DNA of 64,000 nt from Pseudomonadota bacterium (GTDB taxonomy: Bacteria; UBA10199; 2-02-FULL-44-16; DYJF01): positions 76,933-140,932 of the forward strand of contig JBDRBB010000009.1 of the NCBI GenBank assembly GCA_043823065.1, in the 5' to 3' direction. A program made the position numbers and the translations under genes. The notes beneath the pieces are model-generated. The model saw only the letters and a program-made list of their open reading frames with translations. It was not told the origin of the DNA and made no database searches. Each line of letters opens with the position of its first letter. The stretch's first letter is position 1. Shown in pieces: positions 9,697 through 20,882 of this stretch.

Positions 9697-12600
9697 ATGC
9701 AGGTTTTTGAGGAAATTTTAGCTGCGCTTAAGGCCAAAAACCAAAGGATTAATATCAATGGCTTATGCGGAGCTGCGCCTGCTTTTTTGCTTTCCAAAAT
9801 TTGGCAAACCTTTCCTGAACAAAATATTTTGGTGTTGGCTGCTACTCCTGAGCAGGCCAGGGCTATTTATGAGGATCTGCTGGTTTTTGTTCAGCCTCAA
9901 ACTGCAAAAGAGCTTTTTTATTTTCCCGAGCCAGATGTTTTGCCTTATACGCAGCTTTCTCCTGAACCTAGAATTTGGTCGGAACGTTTACGCCTGCTTT
10001 ATGAAATAGCTCATGGCCAAAAAGGTATGATGGTGGCGCCAATTGCTGCTTGTTTGCGCTATGTGCCTCCTAAATTTTTCGTGGCCAATTGTGTGCGTTA
10101 TATTCACTTGGCCCAACAATTAGATCGAGAAGATCTAATCTATTGGCTTTTAGAAAATGGCTATACCGAGGTTTCAGTGGTGGAGGATGTTGGCGAGTTT
10201 GCCAAACGCGGTGGTATCTTAGACATCTGGAGTCCTACTACGCAAAAACCTATTCGCTTTGAACTTGAGGGAGATAAAATTATTTCTCTGCGCGAGTTTG
10301 ATCCAGTTACGCAACGCTCTAAAAAAGATTTACAAAAATTCAGTATTATTCCTGTGCGGGATGTTCCCTTAAATATTGAATCTTGCCGCTTGGCCATCCA
10401 GTCCATTCAGGCCTTGGCCCAGAAGAATAATTTTCCAGAAAAGGAAACCCAGCGTTTAATAGAATATTTAAATGACCGGGTTGCTTTTTCAGGTATTGAA
10501 ACTTTTCTGTCATTATTTCACGGAGCAATCGCTTCTTTATTTGATTTTTTGCCCCCAGATACACTGATTGTGACAGATGATCCAATTGAGTTGGAACAAT
10601 CTGTAAGCAAGCTTTTAACTTCTATCCATGATTTGGCTAAATATACCACAGGGCCAGAGCGTTTGATTGCCCCAGAGCGTTTATATCTTTCCTGGGAAAA
10701 GTTGGGAGAGCAGATGAATGCTTTCCAACAAATCAAGTTGGGTAGCTTACAGGTAAGCCAACCCAATGCTGAGCCAGAAAAAAATATCAAAATTGAAACC
10801 TTTGCTAATACAGATTTGCGACCAAAGATGGAAGGACATATTAAAGATGAAGATCCATTAAGGCCTTTGGTTAAATATCTCAAAGAACGCAGTTTACCAG
10901 AAGAAAAGATTGTTTTTACCTGCCATACTTCTGTGCAGGCCCAACGCTTAAAAAGTCTATTTCAATGGCAAGGTATTGATCTAACTGAATTTACGGCTGG
11001 TTTTGAAAATTTGGAATTTAGCAAAGCTCAGTTTAAGATTAGAATAGCTAAACTTTCCGGAGGATTTCGCTGGCCAGAGCTTGGGATTTCCATCATTACT
11101 GATGAAGAACTTTTTGGTACTAAAGTTGTGCGTAAGGTTAAGCAACGTCCTCCTGCTGAGTTTTTTACTTCTTTTTCAGAACTGGTTGAAGGTGACTATT
11201 TGGTGCATGATCAGCATGGTATTGGGCGTTATTTAGGACTCAAAAATCTGAATATAGATAATCACAACAATGATTTTATCCTTTTGGAATATTTAGAAGG
11301 AGACAAACTTTATTTGCCAGTTTATCGTCTAAATCTTTTGCAAAAATATATTGGCCCTGGAGATAGTTTGCCGCTTTTAGATAAATTAGGTGGTACGCGT
11401 TGGGTTAGTGTTCAGGAAAAAGCAAAAAAGGACATTGTCAAAATCGCCAAAGAACTACTGCACATTTATGCCTCCAGGCAAGTGCATCCTGGGTTTAAAT
11501 TCCCACCACCAGACGCTGCCTATGAAGAATTTTCAGCTAGTTTCCCTTATGATGAGACACCAGATCAGAAACAAGCCATTGATGATGTGTTGCGCGACAT
11601 GGAACTGGAAATACCTATGGATCGTTTGATTTGCGGTGATGTGGGTTATGGAAAAACAGAAGTGGCTATGCGCGCTGCATTTAAGGCGATTATGGCTGGA
11701 AAACAGGTGGCAATTTTAGTGCCCACCACTTTGCTGGCTTTTCAACATTATGAAAATTTTAGAAGGCGTTTTGAGGAAACACCAATCAAAGTGGAAATGC
11801 TTTCGCGTTTTCGCAGCAGCAAAGAACAAAAAGCTATTATTGAAGAATTAAAAAAAGGTATAATTGATATTGTTATTGGCACGCACTGCTTACTACAAAA
11901 AGGGATTGGTTTTAGAGATCTTGGGCTTTTAGTAATAGATGAAGAGCAGCGTTTCGGAGTTTCGCACAAAGAAAAAATGAAAAAATTGCGAACTACAGTG
12001 GATTGCCTAACTTTAACTGCCACGCCAATTCCGCGTACCTTGCACCTTTCTTTAACCGGTATTCGAGATATCAGCATTATCAACACTCCGCCTCTGGATC
12101 GTTTGGCAATATCAACGGAAGTGGTGCCCTTTGATGACGGCATAATTCGGCATGCTATTCGCGAAGAACTGGCCAGGGATGGTCAGATATTTTTTGTCCA
12201 CAACAGAGTGCAAACCATACGTTCCATGGAGGAATATTTAAGCCAACTTTTACCTGAAGCAAAAATTGGCGTGGCTCATGGCCAGCTGAAAGAAAGACAG
12301 TTGGAAGAAGTTATGACCAAATTTATCAAAAAAGATCTAAATGTCTTATTAACCACTTCTATTATTGAATCTGGTTTGGATATTCCTTCAGCCAATACAA
12401 TTATTATTAATCGGGCTGACACTTTTGGTTTGGCCCAGCTTTATCAAATTAGAGGCCGAATCGGTCGCTCCAACCGACGGGCTTTTGCCTATCTGCTTTT
12501 GCCTCAAGACAAGACAATTACGCCCACAGCTAAAAAACGTTTAACGGTTTTGCAGCGGTTTACTGATTTGGGTAGTGGTTTTCAAATCTCCATGCATGAT

Positions 12601-13194
12601 CTAGAAATTCGCGGATCTGGTAATATTTTGGGAAGCGCTCAATCAGGACATGTAGCAGCGATTGGCTATGAAATGTACACCAAGCTTTTGGCTAAAGAAA
12701 TAGGTAGGCTCCAGGGTAAAAAAATTGAAACTGAAATTGATCCAGATCTAAATTTAGCCATTTCAGCTTATTTGCCTCCTGATTATGTTGAAGATAGTGG
12801 AACCAGGTTAGATATTTATCGCCGTTTGGCTTCCAGAATAAATTTGGCAGAAATCAAAGAAATGGAGCAGGAAATTGAAGATCGATTTGGTGGGCTGCCA
12901 GAAGAGGCCAAAAATCTATTGGGCGTGATGGAAATCAAAGTTATGGCCAAAGAACTTCGGACCAATCAAATTACTTTTGATGGTCGCACGTTTTCTGGTC
13001 GTTTGGATAAAACAAACCAAGTAGATCTTAATAAACTAGCCCAGCTAATTAGCAGAGACAGTCAGCGTTATATTTTACGGCCACCAGACCGGATTTTATA
13101 TGTAACCAACGGAATTGAGCAAGCTTCAGAGATAATTAAAGAGGCTAAAAACTTCTTGAGAGAGCTTGGCAGCTGTGTTAGCACCAAACAATAA
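9697..13194 (+). CDS. mfd: Transcription-repair coupling factor (likely start ATG 9697)
   Basis: RGGILDI, CarD-like HDQHGIGRY, CGDVGYGKTEVA, DEEQRFG, QIRGRIGRS, DLEIRGSGN. Confidence 0.97.
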   Translation: MQVFEEILAALKAKNQRININGLCGAAPAFLLSKIWQTFPEQNILVLAATPEQARAIYEDLLVFVQPQTAKELFYFPEPDVLPYTQLSPEPRIWSERLRLLYEIAHGQKGMMVAPIAACLRYVPPKFFVANCVRYIHLAQQLDREDLIYWLLENGYTEVSVVEDVGEFAKRGGILDIWSPTTQKPIRFELEGDKIISLREFDPVTQRSKKDLQKFSIIPVRDVPLNIESCRLAIQSIQALAQKNNFPEKETQRLIEYLNDRVAFSGIETFLSLFHGAIASLFDFLPPDTLIVTDDPIELEQSVSKLLTSIHDLAKYTTGPERLIAPERLYLSWEKLGEQMNAFQQIKLGSLQVSQPNAEPEKNIKIETFANTDLRPKMEGHIKDEDPLRPLVKYLKERSLPEEKIVFTCHTSVQAQRLKSLFQWQGIDLTEFTAGFENLEFSKAQFKIRIAKLSGGFRWPELGISIITDEELFGTKVVRKVKQRPPAEFFTSFSELVEGDYLVHDQHGIGRYLGLKNLNIDNHNNDFILLEYLEGDKLYLPVYRLNLLQKYIGPGDSLPLLDKLGGTRWVSVQEKAKKDIVKIAKELLHIYASRQVHPGFKFPPPDAAYEEFSASFPYDETPDQKQAIDDVLRDMELEIPMDRLICGDVGYGKTEVAMRAAFKAIMAGKQVAILVPTTLLAFQHYENFRRRFEETPIKVEMLSRFRSSKEQKAIIEELKKGIIDIVIGTHCLLQKGIGFRDLGLLVIDEEQRFGVSHKEKMKKLRTTVDCLTLTATPIPRTLHLSLTGIRDISIINTPPLDRLAISTEVVPFDDGIIRHAIREELARDGQIFFVHNRVQTIRSMEEYLSQLLPEAKIGVAHGQLKERQLEEVMTKFIKKDLNVLLTTSIIESGLDIPSANTIIINRADTFGLAQLYQIRGRIGRSNRRAFAYLLLPQDKTITPTAKKRLTVLQRFTDLGSGFQISMHDLEIRGSGNILGSAQSGHVAAIGYEMYTKLLAKEIGRLQGKKIETEIDPDLNLAISAYLPPDYVEDSGTRLDIYRRLASRINLAEIKEMEQEIEDRFGGLPEEAKNLLGVMEIKVMAKELRTNQITFDGRTFSGRLDKTNQVDLNKLAQLISRDSQRYILRPPDRILYVTNGIEQASEIIKEAKNFLRELGSCVSTKQ

Positions 13195-13201
13195 ATAGCC
13201 T

Positions 13202-14083
13202 ATGAATAAAGCTCGGAAAATAATAATTTTAAGCCTGTTTTTAATGGCAGCTTGTTCCAAGCCAGAAAAGATTGTGGCCACAGTCGATGGTTTTCAGATT
13301 ACCCAGACAGACTTGCAGCATGCTTTAAATATTGAAAAAGAAAATTACGACCCCTTGCTTTTAAAAGTTAAAGAAAATGCAGCCAATTTTAAATTGGCCT
13401 TGCTGAACAAATTGGTGCAAGAGACAATTTTGATTAATGAAGCTAAAAAAGCTGGATTAAAATTAACCACGACTGAAGAAGAAGGGATCAAAACTTCAAC
13501 AAATCATGATGATTATTGGTTGGAGAGGCAGAAAAAAAAGCTGCTAATTAATAAGTTGATTAATGTAAAAATTGGCGAGCAAATTGAAATATCTTCTAAA
13601 GATATTAGCTTATATTATAACAGCCATCGCCAGGATTTTTTTCAGCCAGAGCAATTTCGAGCACGCCAAATTATTGTAGATGACAGGCAATTAGCGGTGG
13701 ATATTTTGCAGAAGATTAGCAAAGGTGAAAACTTTGCCGAACTGGCTAAAAAATATTCCTTAAGTCCAGATGCTGAGCAAGGGGGAGATTTGGGTTTTTT
13801 CGATGTCCAGTCTTTTCCGCCAGTTTTTACCAGAATTTGTGAACAATTAGACATAAACGAAGTTAGTGAAGTTGTTAAAACAGATTATGGCTATCAGATT
13901 TTTCAGCTATTAGGAAGACGTGAAGAACGTCAAAAAAGTTTGGATGAAGTCTCAAAAAACATAGAGTTTTTGTTAAAGGAAAAGCAAGGCCAAAAGGTTT
14001 TTAGTCAATGGTTTGCTGATTTACAAAAGCAGGCCAACGTGCAAATAAATCAAGAAGTACTCAAGGAGGTTGAAATTGATTAA
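13202..14083 (+). CDS. PpiC/parvulin-type peptidyl-prolyl isomerase lipoprotein
   Basis: Lipobox MAAC; FAELAKKYS, GGDLGFF and KTDYGYQI motifs. Confidence 0.88.
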   Translation: MNKARKIIILSLFLMAACSKPEKIVATVDGFQITQTDLQHALNIEKENYDPLLLKVKENAANFKLALLNKLVQETILINEAKKAGLKLTTTEEEGIKTSTNHDDYWLERQKKKLLINKLINVKIGEQIEISSKDISLYYNSHRQDFFQPEQFRARQIIVDDRQLAVDILQKISKGENFAELAKKYSLSPDAEQGGDLGFFDVQSFPPVFTRICEQLDINEVSEVVKTDYGYQIFQLLGRREERQKSLDEVSKNIEFLLKEKQGQKVFSQWFADLQKQANVQINQEVLKEVEID

Positions 14084-14723
14084 GATCATTAAAATCAGGC
14101 AGATTTTAATGCTTGCTAGCATGTTAATTTTTTTAAGTCTTAATGCTTTTGCAGTTGAGATGGTTGATCGTGTTGTGGCTGTGGTAGATGGAGACGTGGT
14201 CACCATGTCAGATTTAGAAGAAATTATAGATATGACCCCTAAACAGGGTCGGCCAATTTTAGAACAGAAGATGGAAAACTTTAGAAGCGAAGCTTTGGAT
14301 GGCTTAATTGATGATATCTTGCTTAGACATGAGATTGAAAAAACAAAAATAGAAGTTAATGAAGAAGAATTAACTAGGGCCATTGCCAGCGTTTTACGTC
14401 AAAATCAGATAAGCCCAGAACAGTTACGCACAGACTTGGCTAAAAAAGGTATTAGTTATGATGTTTATAAACAGCAGATTACAGATCAAATAAAGATGAT
14501 TAAATTTGTTAATCAAGTGATTGGTTCCCAAATAAAAATTGAGGAACTTGAGTTAAGAGATTATTTTAAAAAGCATCAAGATATGTTTGGTGGCGGAGAT
14601 GTAGATTTTGAGAAGGCCAAGGAAAAAGTGCATGATGCCTTATATGAAGAAAAAACCCAGGAAGGTTTGCAAAATTATTTGTTTCGTTTGCGTCAAAAGG
14701 CTTACATAGATATTAGACTTTAG
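14070..14723 (+). CDS. SurA N-terminal-domain chaperone (no PPIase domain)
   Basis: DRVVAVVDGDVVTMSDL and LRQKAYIDIR; mfd-surA-pdxA context. Confidence 0.8.
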   Translation: MKLIKIIKIRQILMLASMLIFLSLNAFAVEMVDRVVAVVDGDVVTMSDLEEIIDMTPKQGRPILEQKMENFRSEALDGLIDDILLRHEIEKTKIEVNEEELTRAIASVLRQNQISPEQLRTDLAKKGISYDVYKQQITDQIKMIKFVNQVIGSQIKIEELELRDYFKKHQDMFGGGDVDFEKAKEKVHDALYEEKTQEGLQNYLFRLRQKAYIDIRL

Positions 14724-14730
14724 TTACTTT

Positions 14731-15777
14731 ATGGAGGAGATGATGTCGCGGATTGGTATCACCATGGGTGACCCAAAAGGTGTAGGTCCAGAACTTATTG
14801 CCAAGGCTTGGAAAGAAATGGAGCCGGCCATTCGTCAAAAGATACGTATTTATGGAGATCGCACTGTTTTAGATGTTTCAGCCAAAATGGTGGGCACGAC
14901 ATTTGATCCAAAACAACTGGTCATTACCTCTAGCGTTGCCGGTCCAGTTGGTAATATTTCTGAACCAGACGCTTCCAGGATTACACTTCTTGCCCTAAAG
15001 GCGGCCATTGTTGATATAAAAGCAGGTTCTATAGATGCTTTGGTAACCGCACCAGTCAATAAGTTTCGCATGCAGATTACCGAACCCAATTTTACTGGTC
15101 ATACAGAAACTTTGGCCAAAGCAGCTGGTGTGCGCGATGTAATTATGATGTTTGCCTGTCCGCCTGTTATGCCTGATAGTACCTTGGCCAAACAAGTTGG
15201 ATTGCCCATTGCTAATCTTTGTTCTGCAAATACTAAACCAATTTACTATGACAAGCTGCGCATTAGTTTGGTCACCACTCATTTACCTCTGAAAGAGGTC
15301 TCAGCTCATATTAGCAAACATAAAATTTTGACCACCATCCATTTAACCGTTGAAGCGCTTAAACGCTTTTTTGATTGTGAGCGTCCCAGGATTGCCGTGT
15401 TAAGTTTAAATCCTCATGCAGGAGAAGGTGGCGTGCTTGGTACAGAGGAAGAGGAAGTTATTGTTCCGGCAATTGGTCGGGCCAGAAAAGAAGGGATTAT
15501 TTGTTTTGGTCCTTTTACTTCAGATGCGCTTTTCGGTAAAAAAGAAATTGATTTTGATGCAGTGATTGCCATGTATCATGATCAGGGTTTAACACCCATG
15601 AAGATTATCTGCCCGGATCGGGTGGTAAATGTAACATTAGGACTGCCATTTGTCCGCACATCGCCAGGTCATGGCACTGCTGAAGATATTGCGTGGCGTG
15701 GTCAAGCCAGGTCAGAAAGTATGATTTCTGCAATTGAAATGGCAGATCATTTATTAAGAAAACAAGGCAAGGTTTAG
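14731..15777 (+). CDS. pdxA: 4-hydroxythreonine-4-phosphate dehydrogenase
   Basis: ITMGDPKGVGPE, GHTE, TTHLPL, NPHAGE, MYHDQG and HGTA motifs. Confidence 0.92.
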   Translation: MEEMMSRIGITMGDPKGVGPELIAKAWKEMEPAIRQKIRIYGDRTVLDVSAKMVGTTFDPKQLVITSSVAGPVGNISEPDASRITLLALKAAIVDIKAGSIDALVTAPVNKFRMQITEPNFTGHTETLAKAAGVRDVIMMFACPPVMPDSTLAKQVGLPIANLCSANTKPIYYDKLRISLVTTHLPLKEVSAHISKHKILTTIHLTVEALKRFFDCERPRIAVLSLNPHAGEGGVLGTEEEEVIVPAIGRARKEGIICFGPFTSDALFGKKEIDFDAVIAMYHDQGLTPMKIICPDRVVNVTLGLPFVRTSPGHGTAEDIAWRGQARSESMISAIEMADHLLRKQGKV

Positions 15778-15786
15778 GAGGAAGTA

Positions 15787-17193
15787 ATGTCGGAAATAAA
15801 ATTTGGCACTGATGGCTGGCGGGCAATTGTTGATAAGGATTTTATTCCAGAAAATATCAAAAAAGTTATTCAAGCTTTTGCTGACTACTATCCTGAGCTG
15901 CCAGAGGCTGGAAGGCCAGTAGCTGTCGGTTACGATCGTCGTAACAAATCCAAAGAATCTGCCGACTTGATTGCTTCTGTTTTATTGGCCAATAATATTC
16001 CAACGATCTTAAGTAATAATTTTTGTCCTACTCCAACTGTTTCTTGGCTGGTTAAAAATAAAAAATGCGCTGCCGGAATTATGGTAACTGCCAGTCATAA
16101 TCCTGCTCAATGGAACGGTATTAAATTTAAGGAAAGTTATGGTGGAGCTGCCTCGGAAAAATATGTGCATCTTATTGAAGATTATATCGCTAAAAATGAG
16201 GTTCAAAGAAAAGTTCCAAAAACAGTAGAGATTAAAAATCATCCTAAATTAGAAATGTTTGATCCTTATGGCGAGTATTTGAGTGTTTTTGCGAGCATGG
16301 TTGACCTGGATCTGATCAAGAAGAAAAAATATAAGATTGTGATTGATCCTTTATATGGGGCAGGTACAGGATTTTTTACCAGACTTTTTGGAGATATGGT
16401 GGAGGAAATTCATACCAAAGCCGACATTACCTTTGGCGGTTTGCATCCAGAACCAATTCCACCCAATACCAATGAATTAGTCGATAAAGTTGAAAAAGGC
16501 AAATATACTGCTGGTTTGCTGATGGATGGCGATGCAGACCGGGCAGGGGCTGTTGATGAAACAGGCAAATTTGTTACTACTCATGAAATATTTTCGCTCT
16601 TAATCAAACATTTGGTTGAGGATAAGAAATGGAAGGGGAAAATTATAAAATCTATTTCCACAACCATGATGATTGATCGTTTAGGCAAGAAATATGGGTT
16701 GCCAGTTGATACTGTGCCAGTTGGGTTTAAATATATTAGCCCAGCCATGAAAGAGCCAGGAGTTTTAATTGGCGGTGAAGAAAGCGGAGGCTTTGGTTTG
16801 CCCAGGCATATTCCAGAGCGAGATGGCATCTTTTCTGATTTGCTCTTGCTTGAACTTATGGCCACAACTGGCAAAAAATTAAGTGAACTAGTTGCTGATT
16901 TGCAAAAAGATGTTGGCCCAACTTTTTACAAGCGGGTTGATAACCATCTTTCTCAAGAACAAATTCAAAAAGTTAGAGAGCGCATGAAAGATTTAAATAT
17001 CAAGGCAATTGGCGAGCGCAAAGTTACCAAACACACTACCATAGATGGCCATCATTTCTTGTTTGATGATGAAAGCTGGCTACTTTTCCGCGCTTCAGGC
17101 ACAGAACCTTTAATTCGGGTCTATGCTGAAGCGCCAACCATGGAGCAAGTAGAGGCATTTTTGAAAGAGGGCATGAAGGCCGTAGGATTGTAA
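15787..17193 (+). CDS. Phosphoglucomutase/phosphomannomutase family protein
   Basis: FGTDGWR, TASHNP, DGDADR, GEESGG and RASGTEP motifs. Confidence 0.93.
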   Translation: MSEIKFGTDGWRAIVDKDFIPENIKKVIQAFADYYPELPEAGRPVAVGYDRRNKSKESADLIASVLLANNIPTILSNNFCPTPTVSWLVKNKKCAAGIMVTASHNPAQWNGIKFKESYGGAASEKYVHLIEDYIAKNEVQRKVPKTVEIKNHPKLEMFDPYGEYLSVFASMVDLDLIKKKKYKIVIDPLYGAGTGFFTRLFGDMVEEIHTKADITFGGLHPEPIPPNTNELVDKVEKGKYTAGLLMDGDADRAGAVDETGKFVTTHEIFSLLIKHLVEDKKWKGKIIKSISTTMMIDRLGKKYGLPVDTVPVGFKYISPAMKEPGVLIGGEESGGFGLPRHIPERDGIFSDLLLLELMATTGKKLSELVADLQKDVGPTFYKRVDNHLSQEQIQKVRERMKDLNIKAIGERKVTKHTTIDGHHFLFDDESWLLFRASGTEPLIRVYAEAPTMEQVEAFLKEGMKAVGL

Positions 17194-17197
17194 AGGC

Positions 17198-17224
17198 TGT
17201 CATTCCCGCGAAAGCGGGAATCTA
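17198..17224. repeat. REP-like palindrome family C, single hairpin
   Basis: tgtcattcccgcgaaagcgggaatcta just after the PGM stop. Confidence 0.8.
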
Positions 17225-17235
17225 AATAATAAAAT

Positions 17236-17727
17236 ATGATTTCAGCAAAGACCAAAAATACTGTGCGCAATGTTTTATGGCCCTTGGTTTTGATCACTAT
17301 AATTGGTGGCCAATTTTATCCTTGGTTGGGTTTTATTGTGCCCATAGTTATGTTAACCGGAATTATCGGTGCGGCTATTTACGGAGGTCGTTTTATCTGT
17401 GGTTGGATTTGTCCGCGTGGTTCGTTTTATGATTTGGTTATCTCCAAGATATCTAGAAACAAAACAATTCCAAAATTTTTTCGAAATTCTTTGGCGCGCT
17501 ATAGTTTATTAGTCCTGCTCATGGGTTTTATGATTCTGCAAATAGCCTTAGATGCAGGAAATATAACTCATTGGGGAGTAGTTTTTGTCAGATTGTGTGC
17601 GGTAACCACAGCTATTGGCGTAATGTTAGCAATTATTTTTCACCCCCGCACCTGGTGCACATTCTGCCCCATGGGCACAATTCAAAGTCACCTTGGAAAG
17701 AAAAAGACAATTTCCAGTACAACTTAA
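17236..17727 (+). CDS. Small membrane 4Fe-4S-binding protein (NapH/CcoG-type CxxxCP motifs)
   Basis: GRFICGWICPRG and RTWCTFCPMG with TM helices. Confidence 0.8.
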   Translation: MISAKTKNTVRNVLWPLVLITIIGGQFYPWLGFIVPIVMLTGIIGAAIYGGRFICGWICPRGSFYDLVISKISRNKTIPKFFRNSLARYSLLVLLMGFMILQIALDAGNITHWGVVFVRLCAVTTAIGVMLAIIFHPRTWCTFCPMGTIQSHLGKKKTISSTT

Positions 17728-17977
17728 AAATTCCCTTTCGGAGGCAAGGCCTTCAAAGCGGGCGCACGAAACCGGGTTATTCATCGTTAAAATAGCGCTG
17801 TTTTTAAGGCGAGTTAGAGGACTATTAATCCTTAAGGACTACCAAACATTTAAGGTAAATTTTGGATTTAGCGAAGCAACACCCCCTGTACCAGAATTTC
17901 ATTTATATCATAAGAATACGGTATTCAAAATATAAAATAAGCTGTATGGCAGACGACGTGCGAAAGACGAATTTTGA

Positions 17978-18006
17978 TTGCAAATAGAGGTCCCTCTGGC
18001 TACACT
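17978..18006 (+). promoter_or_regulatory. Putative sigma70 promoter of uvrA
   Basis: TTGCAA-17 nt-TACACT, 8 nt upstream of ATG 18015. Confidence 0.5.
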
Positions 18007-18014
18007 GACCTGCT

Positions 18015-20840
18015 ATGCCGCCAGGAGATATCATTGTTAAAGGTGCGAAAACGCACAATCTCAAGAATATTGACGTTCAAATTCCTCGGGGAAAATTAGT
18101 GGTGGTCACTGGTCTTTCTGGTTCTGGAAAATCCAGCCTGGCCTTTGATACGATTTACGCCGAAGGCCAGCGCCGGTATGTGGAATCTCTTTCTGCTTAT
18201 GCTCGCCAGTTTTTGGAGCAAATGGACAAGCCGGATGTAGATTCAATTGAGGGTTTATCCCCAGCTATTTCTATTGAACAAAGAAACAGCTCCAGAAATC
18301 CCCGTTCTACTGTTGGCACTTCCACGGAAATTTATGATTATTTGCGCCTGCTTTTTGCTAGGATTGGCAAGCCCCATTGCTATAAATGCGGCCGGCCAAT
18401 AGCTGCTCAAACTGTTTCGCAGATGGTTGATCAAATATTAGATCTTCCCCAAGACACTAAAATCGTTATTTATGCCCCAATTGTTCAAGGTCGCAAAGGC
18501 GAATATGTTAAAGAACTAAAAATCTTGGCAAAACAGGGATTTTTACGCGTACGAATCGATCAGCAAATGTATGAATTAAGTGAAGAGATTAAATTAGATA
18601 AGAAAAAAAAGCATGATATTGATCTCATAATTGATCGTTTGCAGGTTAAGCCAAACGTCAAGTCCAGGCTAGCTGATTCATTGGAGACTGGGCTTAAATT
18701 TGGCAATGGTTTGGTAAAAGTTGAAGGCTCTTCAGCGCCTCTTTTGCTTTCTGAAAAACACGCATGTGTATATTGCCAAGTTTCTTATCCAGAAATTTCA
18801 CCCCAGATGTTTAGCTTTAACAGTCCCAAGGGAGCTTGCCAGGCCTGCGATGGTTTAGGCACGCGCCAGTATTTTGATCCTGATTTGATTATTCCCAACA
18901 AAAATCTTTCTTTAAGAGATGGAGCAATTATTCCTTGGCAGAGCAAGACTTCAACCCACTATATTAATATTTGTGAAGCATTGGCTAAGCATTATGGATT
19001 CAGCATCTATACTCCCTATAAAGATTTGCCGGACAAAATTAAATCTTTAATTCTGAATGGTTCTGGAGAAGAAAAAATTAACTTTTATTATGAAGAAGGA
19101 GAAGACCAGCGCCATTATTATAAGGCTCCGTTTGAAGGTGTGCTGGCTCAATTAGAAAAACGTTGGCAAGAAACCAGCTCCTACCACATTCGCCAAGATA
19201 TTGAACGTTATATGAATTTTCAAGCCTGTCCTGACTGCCATGGCGCCAGGTTAAGAAATGAAAGTTTATATGTTTTGATTGCAGCAAAAAATATTGCTCA
19301 AATAACAAATTTTTCCATTAAACAGGCCTTGGTTTTTTTAAAGAGTTTGAACCTATCCAAAAAAGATGCGCTTATTGCTGATAAAATTTTAAAAGAGGTT
19401 CAAGAGCGTTTGGGTTTTTTAGTGGATGTGGGTCTGGATTATCTTACCCTAAATCGCGCTTCAGCTAGTTTAGCTGGTGGAGAAGATCAGCGTATTCGCT
19501 TGGCCAATCAAATTGGCTCTGCCTTAACTGGCGTGCTCTATGTTTTAGATGAACCTTCGATAGGTCTTCATTAGCGCGATAATGATCGTTTATTAAAAAC
19601 TTTAATCAAGCTCAGAAATTTGGGTAATACGGTTTTGGTCGTTGAACATGATCGGGATACAATGTTGGCTGCTGATTACATAATAGACTTGGGTCCAGGT
19701 GCTGGTGTAAAAGGAGGATATGTAGTCGCCACAGGCACTCCGCAACAGATAGTTGCTAATCCCAAATCCTTAACCGGACTTTATCTTTCAGGTAAGAAGA
19801 CTTTAGACGCACCCAAGAAAAGGCGCAGCTCAGATAAAAAGCTGCAAATTCTTAATGCTGCTGAACATAATTTGAAAAATATCGATGTAGATATTCCTTT
19901 AGGCATGATTACTTGTATTACTGGTGTTTCTGGATCTGGAAAATCAACCCTAATCAATGACACATTATATAAAGGTTTGATGCAGAAGCTTTATCATTCC
20001 AAAGAACCTGCTGGCAAAATGGATGATTTGCTGGGTTGGCAACAATTAAATAAAGTAATTAATATTGATCAATCGCCAATTGGCCGCACTCCGCGGTCTA
20101 ATCCAAGCACTTATACCGGAGTTTTTACTTTTATTCGCGATCTTTTTTCTCAACTGCCCCAAGCTAAAGCGCGTGGTTATAAACCCGGACGTTTTTCCTT
20201 TAATGTTAAAGGCGGACGTTGTGAAGCTTGTGAAGGTGATGGCTTGATCAAAATTGAAATGCATTTTATGCCAGATGTTTATGTGGAATGCGAAGTTTGC
20301 CGAGGTAAGCGTTTCAACCGAGAGACTTTGGAGATTGAATATAAGGGCTTATCCATTGCCGATGTTTTGGCCCTGACCGTTAATCAGGCCCATAAGTTTT
20401 TTGAAAACATACCCTCTATTCGTTATAAACTAGAAACTCTTTTAGATGTAGGTTTGGGTTATTTAACTCTTGGGCAATCTGCAACCACGCTTTCAGGTGG
20501 GGAGGCCCAAAGAATCAAAATATCCAAGGAGCTTTCCAGGCATGATACAGGCAGAACCTTGTATATTTTGGATGAACCAACTACAGGCCTGCATTTTGAT
20601 GATGTGTTTAAACTATTAAATGTGTTAAACCATTTAGTGGACAGGGGAAATACGATCATAATTATTGAACATAACCTTGACGTGATTAAATCTGCTGATT
20701 ACTGTATCGACTTGGGGCCGGAGGGTGGAGATCTGGGAGGGCAAATTGTTTGCACAGGTACACCTGAAGAATTAGCAAAAAACAAAGGTTCCTATACTGG
20801 AAAGTATCTGCGCAAAGAGCTTAAAGTTAATGGACCATAG
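18015..20840 (+). pseudogene. uvrA: Excinuclease ABC subunit A, full length (942 codons including terminal stop) but with in-frame TAG at 19572-19574
   Basis: ORFs 18015-19574 and 19620-20840 share a frame; junction reads [34 protein letters not shown] (canonical GLHQRD); both Walker A motifs and Zn fingers intact. Confidence 0.9.
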
Positions 20841-20866
20841 ACCATAGACCTTTTAGGTCCATGGTC
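20833..20866. repeat. Heptamer array family A, contains the uvrA terminal stop
   Basis: gaccatagaccatagacc ttttaggtccatggtc. Confidence 0.75.
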
Positions 20867-20882
20867 ATTATTAGGGGGTTTT

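Noticed and set aside
17693..17935. 80-aa ORF upstream of uvrA
   Set aside because: TTG start, no RBS, no recognisable motif, lies in a probable non-coding element
17940..18014. LexA/SOS box before uvrA
   Set aside because: No convincing CTGT-N8-ACAG or GAAC-N4-GTTC palindrome found
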